Shown here piece after piece: positions 56,482 to 64,000 of a stretch of 64,000 bases of DNA. Every line of letters begins with the position of its first letter. Position 1 is the stretch's first letter. A program made the translations under genes and the position numbers. The stretch is from an uncultured Candidatus Saccharibacteria bacterium (GTDB lineage: Bacteria > Patescibacteriota > WWE3 > UBA101185 > UBA10185), in NCBI GenBank assembly GCA_964387275.1, contig CAYLVW010000001.1, forward strand, positions 355,508 through 419,507, in the 5' to 3' direction. Below the pieces are notes generated by a model. That model saw only the letters and a program-made list of their open reading frames with translations, was not told the origin of the DNA and made no database searches.

Positions 56482-56710
56482 AATAAAACTTTCCTACACA
56501 GCAACTACTCATAAACATCTCTTATTTTATTAGATAGACAATTAAATACTACAGGTAACCTATTTAAACTAGTTTGCTACTTATTCGCATAAATCTAACT
56601 CAAAAAAACAAATCTGCTATTGTATTTAGCTAAGGTGTATGTTTTTATATCTTCTGCTTTTGTGTTAGTATCCAATCATCGAAGTCAGGAATGGTAGGGA
56701 AGAGACAAAA

Positions 56711-56959
56711 ATGCTTTCCTTGGCAGTGTTTCCTGGAATAATATCGGAACTTACGTTGTGGCTAGGTCTAATAACTTTTTCGACTGGAATAGTATTGATT
56801 ATATTCAGCTTGGGTCAAAAGTTAGATCTTGGAGTAAAGATACTGGGTGCCGGTATTCTTATTAGTATACTTGGCTTTCTCATAATACTTGCGGGATGGA
56901 TATTATTTCTAGGGTTACTTCTGACTCCAATTGTTTTTTGGGTTGGGGATCGTTTGTAA
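56711..56959 (+). CDS. Small membrane protein (2-3 TM)
   Basis: 82-aa hydrophobic ORF. Confidence 0.3.
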   Translation: MLSLAVFPGIISELTLWLGLITFSTGIVLIIFSLGQKLDLGVKILGAGILISILGFLIILAGWILFLGLLLTPIVFWVGDRL

Positions 56960-56996
56960 AACTTATTATTTACAATATACGTTTTTAATACAGGTA

Positions 56997-57033
56997 GAGG
57001 CAGGAAATTTTTTCCTAAAAATTTCCTGCCTCA
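56997..57033. terminator. Perfect 15-bp hairpin between convergent genes (bidirectional terminator candidate)
   Basis: GAGGCAGGAAATTTT / AAAATTTCCTGCCTC with a short loop. It lacks a long U-run on the plus side. Confidence 0.45.
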
Positions 57034-57040
57034 CACACAA

Positions 57041-57478
57041 CTACTTAGCTTCTAAATCATAAGCAACATACAAAACACCATCATCAAACATAAAATACAC
57101 GTTATCAGAATCGTCATTTTTCTCAAGAATTAGAATGCTACCATCTGGAATTTCTGTTGGACTTCTATAATCCCCACCTAGAGTGATATAAAAAGCACTA
57201 TTTATAAAAAGAAAACTTCGATTAACAACTTGGAACTCAAATGAACCGTAGGTATAGGAGTATCCTTTTGAAACAACCCATCCAGTTAAATTGGAGCTAT
57301 CAAATTGATCTTTACTAACAACTGTGGCACTAAAACCACTAGGACCACTTGTTTGTATAGCACTCGCTTCATTACACCCACAAGCAACAATAGACACAAA
57401 TAAGGCAATAACAACCAAATAAAAACCAAATTTCTTACTGCGCTGTCCAAATAGCTTTGATGAATCGTGTTGTACCAT
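57041..57478 (-). CDS. Secreted/membrane-anchored hypothetical protein
   Basis: N-terminal TM helix with Cys (lipoprotein-like). Beta-rich. Confidence 0.3.
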   Translation of the reverse strand: MVQHDSSKLFGQRSKKFGFYLVVIALFVSIVACGCNEASAIQTSGPSGFSATVVSKDQFDSSNLTGWVVSKGYSYTYGSFEFQVVNRSFLFINSAFYITLGGDYRSPTEIPDGSILILEKNDDSDNVYFMFDDGVLYVAYDLEAK

Positions 57479-57615
57479 TTGCCTCTCCTTTTTGGAAAAC
57501 TACTTGGCATTATATTAGTTAAATCATAAGTACACAAACCCCAAATACTTAGAATTTTTACAAAAAAGGGATATAATAGGTCACATCAGATATAAGGGTT
57601 AAGAAACTTATAGTT

Positions 57616-58272
57616 ATGGAATACTTAGTAATATCAGATTTACATCTGACAGAATTTAATAAAGCAAAGTTTGATTACCTATCAGGTTTATTCTCAAGGT
57701 ATGAAAATATTATATTAAATGGGGACCTTTGGACTAACTATTACAAAGATTTTGATTATTTCGTGAAATCTGACTGGAGCAAACTTTTTCCTATTTTGAA
57801 ATCCAAAAACACTATATACATAGAAGGGAACCACGACCTGTTTAAAACTTCAGATGAAAGAATAAATCTATTCAGTAATGATCATAAAAAAGAATTAATA
57901 GTCGAAATAGATAACGAAAAATATATCATCAGACATGGACACACTTATTTCAAAAGAACAAAAACAGATCTAGAGAAGAAGTTATGGAGAAAATTAGGAC
58001 TTTATAAATTAAGGATTTTTGTAGAGAAACTTATTGCTAAACATTTTGGGAGAGACTTATACCAAGCCTTCTGCAGCAAAGATAATCAAAAAATTAAAGA
58101 TGCAAAAAGAAACTCTGAAGAAAAAGATGTGTGGCTTCTAACAGGGCACACTCATGTCTCAGAATTTAACTTCAAGGAAAAATTTGTAAATACAGGTTTT
58201 ACTAATTACGGACTTGCAACATTTGCAGTACTTACTGCTCAAGGCCCAAAACTGTACAATGAGTCTTTTTAA
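57616..58272 (+). CDS. Calcineurin-like metallophosphoesterase
   Basis: ISDLHL, GDLW and GNHD metal-binding motifs, with later GHTH. Confidence 0.65.
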   Translation: MEYLVISDLHLTEFNKAKFDYLSGLFSRYENIILNGDLWTNYYKDFDYFVKSDWSKLFPILKSKNTIYIEGNHDLFKTSDERINLFSNDHKKELIVEIDNEKYIIRHGHTYFKRTKTDLEKKLWRKLGLYKLRIFVEKLIAKHFGRDLYQAFCSKDNQKIKDAKRNSEEKDVWLLTGHTHVSEFNFKEKFVNTGFTNYGLATFAVLTAQGPKLYNESF

Positions 58273-58459
58273 CTCTTTTTAGTCGACCCCAGCTCGGCGC
58301 CGTCGCGCCTGCGCCTTTCGATTCCTCGCGTTACATATGAAGGATCCCGCCAGCACCTCACTTCATTTGTTACTAACGGGGTCCTTCATGGTGGCAAATC
58401 GTCGCTTAAGCACCTATTGCACCCCATTCTACTAAATTCGCTTTGCTCATTAAGTATTA

Positions 58460-58535
58460 TGGTGGAGCAGGTGGGAGTCGAACCCACATAGCCGGTTTTT
58501 CAGACCGGTGCCGTGACCACCTTGGCTACCGCTCC
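58460..58535 (-). tRNA. tRNA-Phe (anticodon GAA), CCA encoded
   Basis: The reverse complement folds as GGAGCGG...CCGGT-CTGAAAA-ACCGG...GTGGGTTCGACTCCCAC-CTGCTCC-A-CCA. An extended -10 TGGTATAAT lies upstream on the minus strand at about 58553-58561. Confidence 0.8.
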
Positions 58536-58697
58536 ACGAAAGTAACTTTGAGATTATACCAGATACCTCAACACTGAAAAAGAAAAAAACAACAATCTAC
58601 AGTCTAGGTTTTACCTCCTAAGTTAGAACTCCATGCTCCTCAATATGAAAATAAAAAGCACCCATGGTGAAGATTGTTCCCCATGGGTGCTATAAAT

Positions 58698-60098
58698 TTA
58701 CTCTGCGCTAGAAAGGAAAAGGCTAAGATCCGGGATCAACACGCGATCCAAGACACCAATATCCTGACCAAACACAGACATAGCCGTATCTCTATCCGCA
58801 TACTTAAGCCTCATTGCAGCAAGGTAGTAACTAAGACCACTGCCTTTACCAGGCTCATAGGCATAGTAAAAACCCGTATTGTATTGCCCAGACCCCATAA
58901 CAGCAAGCAGATTGCTGGCAGTAACAACATTGTCGTAAGTAACATCACCAATGGTGACAAATCTTACACCACCGCCGTCACCAATATCAATAACGTCCTC
59001 GCTAGTGGACTGAGTAATACTTCCGATATCCCCAATACCATGAACAGCAAGAATGACGTCATCGTATGCACCACGCCTAAGACCTGCATACAAAGTAGCA
59101 GGGTTATCGGCATACTCTCTGGTACTCAGAAGGTCAGCGGTGACCTTATTATCAGTAAAGATATAAAGCGCACTACCCACCGGTGAAACCTTAGACGACA
59201 AAATCACCAAATAGTAAGTCTTGTCTCCAAGCAGCCAAGTAACATTGCTCAATGCACCATCACCAATGAAAGAGGTATTGGGCTGCCTGCCCCAAAAGTT
59301 CCTATACTCAAACATAATAGAGCCGTAAGCGTTTCCACCTTGGTACAACTTCATTCCGGTCTGCCGACCAATGAACTCTGAAAGTGAGTCCTGATCAACA
59401 CCCTTGAAGTTAGGCACAATATTAGTGCTCATGGCTGAAGACAGTAAGTCTCTTACCTGCACAGCAGGAGTACCGTTAGCTTCCCAGAAACCCCATTCCA
59501 AGTAGTCTCTTGGGAGGATACTCTCAAAATTCTCAGTCCAAATCGCATAGCCACCTAGATCCAACTCTCTTCGTCCAGGACCCCACTTCTCAACATATTG
59601 AATTTGAGTGAGTTTCAGAGTGTCCCCAACACGGTTGTAGATCAAAAAAACATTGGATCTATCAATAACATACCCAGTATAACCAGGACGAAGCTGGAAA
59701 AGACTCGCACTCTCAAACCGAGCGTTAATCATACCTGCGATATCATTCTCGTTAAAATCCTGATAATAAATGATATCCAGCTCGGAATTATCCCAAGCTC
59801 CCCATTTAACAGACTGCATAGTGCCTTTAACAAAAGTCGAGTCGGGATAAAAGACTGTCCCAACCTCAGTAGCTGTTTCACCAGCGCCGTCGCCATTTTC
59901 ACGATAAGCGACATCAAAAGTAGGTGAAGTAATAGACATAATCTGGCTATCACCAACCTTAAGCTGAGAAATAGTCATAATGTTCTTACCTCCAACAGGA
60001 GGAGGAACAGGAACGTTTCCCTCAACAAAAAGGCTACACGAGGTAAGAGTAAGGCTCAAAACGGTAGCAAACACTGCCTTCAAGCGATGTGATTTCAT
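58698..60098 (-). CDS. Large secreted lipoprotein-like hypothetical protein
   Basis: Signal peptide with lipobox-like LTSC. 466 aa. Confidence 0.4.
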   Translation of the reverse strand: MKSHRLKAVFATVLSLTLTSCSLFVEGNVPVPPPVGGKNIMTISQLKVGDSQIMSITSPTFDVAYRENGDGAGETATEVGTVFYPDSTFVKGTMQSVKWGAWDNSELDIIYYQDFNENDIAGMINARFESASLFQLRPGYTGYVIDRSNVFLIYNRVGDTLKLTQIQYVEKWGPGRRELDLGGYAIWTENFESILPRDYLEWGFWEANGTPAVQVRDLLSSAMSTNIVPNFKGVDQDSLSEFIGRQTGMKLYQGGNAYGSIMFEYRNFWGRQPNTSFIGDGALSNVTWLLGDKTYYLVILSSKVSPVGSALYIFTDNKVTADLLSTREYADNPATLYAGLRRGAYDDVILAVHGIGDIGSITQSTSEDVIDIGDGGGVRFVTIGDVTYDNVVTASNLLAVMGSGQYNTGFYYAYEPGKGSGLSYYLAAMRLKYADRDTAMSVFGQDIGVLDRVLIPDLSLFLSSAE

Positions 60099-60176
60099 CA
60101 GCTTTCTCCTTCGCGTGACATTATATCCTATAGGGTTATTTTGGACAACTTTCGCTTATAAGTACTGGAAAATGGA

Positions 60177-60875
60177 CTATTTTGCCATTAAATGCTGCTT
60201 TTCGAACTGAGGCAAGTGTTCTATTGCGTATCGTAAGGTAGTTCTAGCCATTTTTGATTTATTCTTTTTAAGATATTTAATGAGGGCTGGCGTGGAAACT
60301 CTTTTTCCGGCCTCTCTAAGTAACCATCCCACCGCTTTATGAACTAGATCTTCTTTATCCAAAAGTAGAAGGTCAGCAATTTCGTAGGTACGGAGATCTT
60401 CTCCATTCATAAGATGGTGAAATGTAGACACAATGGAAATTCTACGCTCCCATAGGGATTTGGATCTGGCGAGTTTGTTAAGAATTTCTTCATTATTCTT
60501 ATACACGTGTGCACCTACAATTTGCCTTGCGCTAAGATCTACCAAATCCCAATTATTAACATATTTAATATTTCTCATATAGGTCTTGTAAGTAAGGTCA
60601 GGATTTTCTTTATATTTTTCAACAAGTAGGAGAAGGGCACAAAGCCTTACTTCGTGAAATTCGTTATCTAACAGTTTCTCAATTTCATAAATGTGGATGT
60701 CTTGTTTTGTACTACTTACCAACTTTCTAATAATAGGTACTGTAATACCTAAAAACTTATCCCCATAACCATATTGACCAGGATTGGTCTTAAAAAACCA
60801 CTGAGAGGTTTTAGCTCTAGTGGGATCTTTTAGTCTTAATAATTTATTAAGAAGTTCCTTATGATTCATAATCAT
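60177..60875 (-). CDS. DNA alkylation repair enzyme family protein (AlkC/AlkD-like HEAT-repeat glycosylase)
   Basis: N-terminal DPTRAKTSQWFFKTNPGQYGYGDKFLGITVPIIRKL matches the DNA_alkylation family. Confidence 0.6.
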   Translation of the reverse strand: MIMNHKELLNKLLRLKDPTRAKTSQWFFKTNPGQYGYGDKFLGITVPIIRKLVSSTKQDIHIYEIEKLLDNEFHEVRLCALLLLVEKYKENPDLTYKTYMRNIKYVNNWDLVDLSARQIVGAHVYKNNEEILNKLARSKSLWERRISIVSTFHHLMNGEDLRTYEIADLLLLDKEDLVHKAVGWLLREAGKRVSTPALIKYLKKNKSKMARTTLRYAIEHLPQFEKQHLMAK

Positions 60876-60953
60876 ATTATACAGTGCTAAAACTTCCTAA
60901 ATTTGTAAAAACTTGGTAATATACACAAAGTTTGCAGTCAGTATTGTGTCTAG

Positions 60954-61029
60954 GGCGGTTAGCTCAGCTGGTCAGAGCATTCGGTTTACATCCGAAAGGT
61001 CATAGGTTCGAACCCTATACCGCCCACCA
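60954..61029 (+). tRNA. tRNA-Val (anticodon UAC), CCA encoded
   Basis: GGGCGGT / TAGCTCAGCTGGTCAGAGCA / TTCGG-TTTACAT-CCGAA / AGGTC / ATAGGTTCGAACCCTAT / ACCGCCC-A-CCA. Confidence 0.85.
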
Positions 61030-61260
61030 ATAAATTGACTAGAAAATATCTTTCCTATCTGAAAAATCATAGATCAAAAAGCTAGGTTTCCTATCAAGTT
61101 GCATTATGAATAACTAAGCTTAGTGAATCACTGTATAAAACTACCCTTATAAAGGGTAAATATTAACTCAACATAAATTAACATTTTTTCAATTCAAAAA
61201 GAGATCAATTAATACTAAAAAAGATCTCAAGAGTTTTATCTCGTTGAGATCTTATAGATC

Positions 61261-61632
61261 CTAACATTCACCAAGAACACGACCATTATACATACCAAGT
61301 TGTATCAAGGTAGTTTTTAGGCGGACGGGTGTTACAGTAAGAGGGAGTCTTGAAAAAACATACGGCATTCTCCCATCTACTTTATATTCAAATACGTTCA
61401 CCAAATCAAAGGACGCAACCACTGCAGCAAGTGCTCTAATATCCCGAGTGTTTCCTATGACAACAGTGCGAACACTCCTATCAAAAATCTCATTGGTCGC
61501 AATCCTATCACTAAAAAGTGGCCTTGTTTGCCAATCTATAACTGCAAGTAAGTCTGTAGGTCTTCTAAACAAAGCATCCATTGCTGCATGAAGATTTCTA
61601 GTTGGTATTAAAACAAGCTGAAGCGGATCCAT
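61261..61632 (-). CDS. Hypothetical protein
   Basis: Start taken at MDPLQ, which has an AGGAGGG RBS. Confidence 0.3.
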   Translation of the reverse strand: MDPLQLVLIPTRNLHAAMDALFRRPTDLLAVIDWQTRPLFSDRIATNEIFDRSVRTVVIGNTRDIRALAAVVASFDLVNVFEYKVDGRMPYVFSRLPLTVTPVRLKTTLIQLGMYNGRVLGEC

Positions 61633-61747
61633 TGAATCCCTCCTTTGACTAATATTGCCTCTCTTAAAGAAATAGTACAACTAATATTGTGGCATCGCAA
61701 TTAAAAAGACCAAACCCCCATTTTGATAATTTGCCCATAATATATGG

Positions 61748-62092
61748 TTAGTAGAGTTCCTTGGTAACTTCAAGTTCAAAACCCGAAGCGGCTAGATAAC
61801 GACTAACATAAGTATAGCTAAGCATAGTAGACATCCAATATGTCGTATGATGCATCTTTATCTCAGGCATTGAACCATAAGAGACATTAAGAACAAGTGA
61901 TGCAAGCATAAGCAATGTACTAGTAGTAAAATATACAGCGCTATCACCAATCTCCGGAGCACAACTTGCACCCTCGAAAATATGCATAATTGAAGCGGGT
62001 TTAGTTACTACAACAAGCTCATTGCCTAAAGTTAAAGCGTCAACAATATCCTTTAGTGTATATTCGTTCCCGTGAAGCAACATTGTCTTCAT
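61748..62092 (-). CDS. Hypothetical protein
   Basis: 114-aa ORF with no recognisable motifs. Confidence 0.3.
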   Translation of the reverse strand: MKTMLLHGNEYTLKDIVDALTLGNELVVVTKPASIMHIFEGASCAPEIGDSAVYFTTSTLLMLASLVLNVSYGSMPEIKMHHTTYWMSTMLSYTYVSRYLAASGFELEVTKELY

Positions 62093-62147
62093 GACCTCTC
62101 CTTGAATTTTGGAATTATACTACTATTAATCTAAATATAAAATTGTT

Positions 62148-63107
62148 TTAGTGCCCAACTAATACTGTAATAAATTTCCCAACTTTTTGTGCAATTAACT
62201 CAAACTCTTCTTGATTTGTATTTTCGGATAGTAAACAAACAACAGCGGTTCCAGAAACACCCGAAGCTACCCCACAATCATGATAAGTACCAATATCCGT
62301 ACCTATTTTATGAGAAAAATCTATTTCCCCATCAATCCCAATATCTAGTCTATTATCGAAATCAGTACTATCTAATAATTCCAGGATATACGCTCCAGAG
62401 TTCTTAGCCAATATACTACTTTTAATAATGGTATCAAATACTAAAACACCGTCTTCTGGAGATAAAAAGTTTTTATTGAAATAATCAGGAGATACCCCAA
62501 TAGCTTTAAATGTATCTGATATAGCAGGCCACCCTAAAACCCTGAGCAAAATATTTTGAGCAGTATTATCAGATTTTTTTAATAATTTACTTAAAACCTC
62601 GTCTATTGTATACACAGAGCCGAATTCCCCTCGATTTATATCCCCAGTACCTTCTGAATAATCTGAGGCTAAATACACTATAGTATCACCCATACTAAGA
62701 TTTCCTTCCTCAAGCTCCAGTAAAGTAGCTATCGCAATAGGGGTTTTAAATAGGGAAGCACCATAAAACAGTTTGCCTTCATTAAAATAGTAAGAAAGTG
62801 AAGTATCATAGGTACCATCAAAACTCCAATCTCCTGATTTATGAAGATTTGGATAGTATTTAATGAACAAACCGTATCTTCCATTTGTAGAAATAACGAC
62901 ATCTTTAACGCCATTAAACTCCGAGTCAAAATTTACTTCTTCTATAGATGGGTTATTTAAACTATCAGAAATAATTCTCGGACTATTCAAAGTATAAGAT
63001 GAGACAATCGTATTAAATTCTTGGTTTGTTTTTTGGGTTGAAAAATATATACCTAACAAAATTAACGCAAAAATAAGTATAAAAGAAAAACCGTACCAAA
63101 ATTTCAT
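62148..63107 (-). CDS. Class A beta-lactamase-like serine hydrolase with N-terminal TM anchor
   Basis: SxxK (ASLFKTP), SDN (KKSDNTAQN) and KxG-like HKIGTD motifs in the right order and spacing. Confidence 0.6.
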   Translation of the reverse strand: MKFWYGFSFILIFALILLGIYFSTQKTNQEFNTIVSSYTLNSPRIISDSLNNPSIEEVNFDSEFNGVKDVVISTNGRYGLFIKYYPNLHKSGDWSFDGTYDTSLSYYFNEGKLFYGASLFKTPIAIATLLELEEGNLSMGDTIVYLASDYSEGTGDINRGEFGSVYTIDEVLSKLLKKSDNTAQNILLRVLGWPAISDTFKAIGVSPDYFNKNFLSPEDGVLVFDTIIKSSILAKNSGAYILELLDSTDFDNRLDIGIDGEIDFSHKIGTDIGTYHDCGVASGVSGTAVVCLLSENTNQEEFELIAQKVGKFITVLVGH

Positions 63108-63303
63108 AACTAATACTTACATAGCAGTTACACTAACACAAGGAAACAAAATATATTTTCCAGCAAATAACTTGCGATTATCGTAGCTACACTGTAATAA
63201 ACCAGACATCTATATTCAGGATTGATAACTAGGTTTAATTCTACCAAAATAAAAAAAGGAGTAGAGTCTTTCTAAGTAGAAAGAAACTACCCCAAGTAGA
63301 AAC

Positions 63304-63693
63304 TCAGTCCATAGGCAAAAAAACCATTCCAACAGATCCAGCAGTACAAACAAAATTAAAGCGTATTCCTGAGCTACTAATCTCATTAATTACGGCATGC
63401 AAAGGAGTCTTAAGAGCTACCCAGTAACTTGGCTTAACGCCAAATCTGGTTAATCCAAATCTACAATCTGCACCAAAATCCCTAATAATTCTTGTCCAAA
63501 CAATAAACCTAGGAACAAAACAAATGGTCCCAAAATCACGCCTTAGATCTAAAGCTTCCTCACCCAAAATGGCAAGGGAAAGATTAGGAGAAAAGGGCAC
63601 GGCGACAAACTCATAACCGTTTTTGCAAAAACCAATAATATCTTCTTTGGTAACATCCTCAGCAAAAAGAATAAGAGCGTCGTCAACAACCAT
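63304..63693 (-). CDS. Hypothetical protein
   Basis: Start placed at the internal ATG (VMVVDD), which has a GGGAGG RBS. The annotated TTG start has no spacing for an RBS. Confidence 0.3.
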   Translation of the reverse strand: MVVDDALILFAEDVTKEDIIGFCKNGYEFVAVPFSPNLSLAILGEEALDLRRDFGTICFVPRFIVWTRIIRDFGADCRFGLTRFGVKPSYWVALKTPLHAVINEISSSGIRFNFVCTAGSVGMVFLPMD

Positions 63694-63732
63694 AACCCAC
63701 CTCCCGGATTGAAAGTACAACCTCCCTCAAAA

Positions 63733-64000
63733 TTACTTCAAACCTTTAGGAATAAGACCACTTGCAGAGTAGTGGTTATAAGTAAAACCAGGAAGACCAC
63801 TAAGAACTTCGAGGAATACCGCATGAGCAGACTTGTTGCTAAACCCATACATATAAATCAACCCAAGTCTCCTGAGATTAAGCACCATAGGAGTAAATCT
63901 ACCTTCCAAGGCATAAACTAAAGCCACATCTGACGTACACATAAGAGTAATTGGTTGCTCTTCAAATTTAGTCATATCGATAGCACGTCTAATTGTTTCG
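63733..64000 (-). CDS. Hypothetical protein, possibly N-terminally truncated by the window edge
   Basis: ORF ends at 63733. First ATG is at 63975 and the frame continues to the window end. Confidence 0.25.
   Translation of the reverse strand, partial: ETIRRAIDMTKFEEQPITLMCTSDVALVYALEGRFTPMVLNLRRLGLIYMYGFSNKSAHAVFLEVLSGLPGFTYNHYSASGLIPKGLK

Noticed and set aside
56324-56518. ORF 56324..56518(-) (64 aa)
   Set aside because: Antisense overlap of tRNA-Gly(GCC). No independent support.
58273-58459. Calling the GC-rich region a specific RNA (4.5S/SRP RNA, RNase P RNA, tmRNA)
   Set aside because: By-eye comparison found only loose resemblance (GGUGCUGG, GAAAGGCGCAGG) to SRP RNA helix 8. It lacks the AGGUCAGG / GGAAGCAGCC symmetric-loop motifs. 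It is too short for RNase P or tmRNA. It is kept only as a generic structured-RNA candidate.
58674-59186. ORF 58674..59186(+) (170 aa)
   Set aside because: Fully embedded antisense in the 466-aa secreted protein gene on the minus strand. Composition is typical of a shadow ORF.
1-64000. Alternative genetic code (UGA recoded, as in some candidate phyla)
   Set aside because: Long conserved proteins (LeuS, TypA, P1B ATPase, MCO) are full length with standard stops. Several well-supported genes terminate in TGA, for example 5885..6817.

Overview
This 64 kb window looks like a low-GC bacterial chromosome with short genes and many hypothetical proteins; by inference it may come from a reduced-genome lineage such as CPR/Patescibacteria. 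The standard genetic code appears to be in use, since conserved long proteins are full length and some genes end in TGA.

Content: I can support about 75 protein-coding genes and 9 tRNA genes. All nine tRNAs encode their 3' CCA: Glu-UUC(-), His-GUG, Arg-UCG, Lys-CUU, Leu-CAG, Leu-GAG, Gly-GCC, Phe-GAA(-) and Val-UAC. There are also several clear rho-independent terminators and a few near-consensus sigma70 promoters in front of tRNA genes.

Housekeeping genes recognised: leuS, typA/bipA, tgt, rsmI, folD, rpmG, sufS-type cysteine desulfurase, dCMP deaminase and a PilB/GspE ATPase.

Accessory and unusual content:
(i) A metal and thiol-redox operon at 1-7300: a membrane protein fused to a cupredoxin-like domain, CopZ, a DsbA-cytochrome b5 fusion, a SurA-like chaperone, a CPC-type P1B ATPase, SufS and a DsbA-like protein. 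It is followed by a large serine recombinase, a DUF2726-like protein and tRNA-Glu, so it may be an integrated island.
(ii) A 6 kb cluster of three membrane metalloprotease families (M50, CPBP, M48) around a MoxR AAA+ ATPase and a membrane-anchored VWA protein.
(iii) A P-type ATPase homolog whose catalytic motifs are destroyed (DKTGT replaced by GKSGI).
(iv) An accessory patch between tRNA-Arg and tRNA-Lys with a ParB/Srx-like protein, small coupled proteins, a radical-SAM enzyme with a non-canonical Cys motif plus a C-terminal Cys cluster, and an AHSA1/SRPBCC-family protein.
(v) The most striking locus, at 53.6-55.9 kb: two different tRNA-Leu genes, each followed by near-identical 51-nt tandem repeats that begin inside the tRNA CACCA 3' end. 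They are interleaved with a tandem array of four divergent paralogous proteins of about 120 aa.
(vi) A multicopper oxidase with a Met-rich insert.
(vii) A GC-rich structured region downstream of tRNA-Phe.

No CRISPR array was seen. Coordinates of RNA and repeat features are hand-counted and may be off by 1-2 nt.
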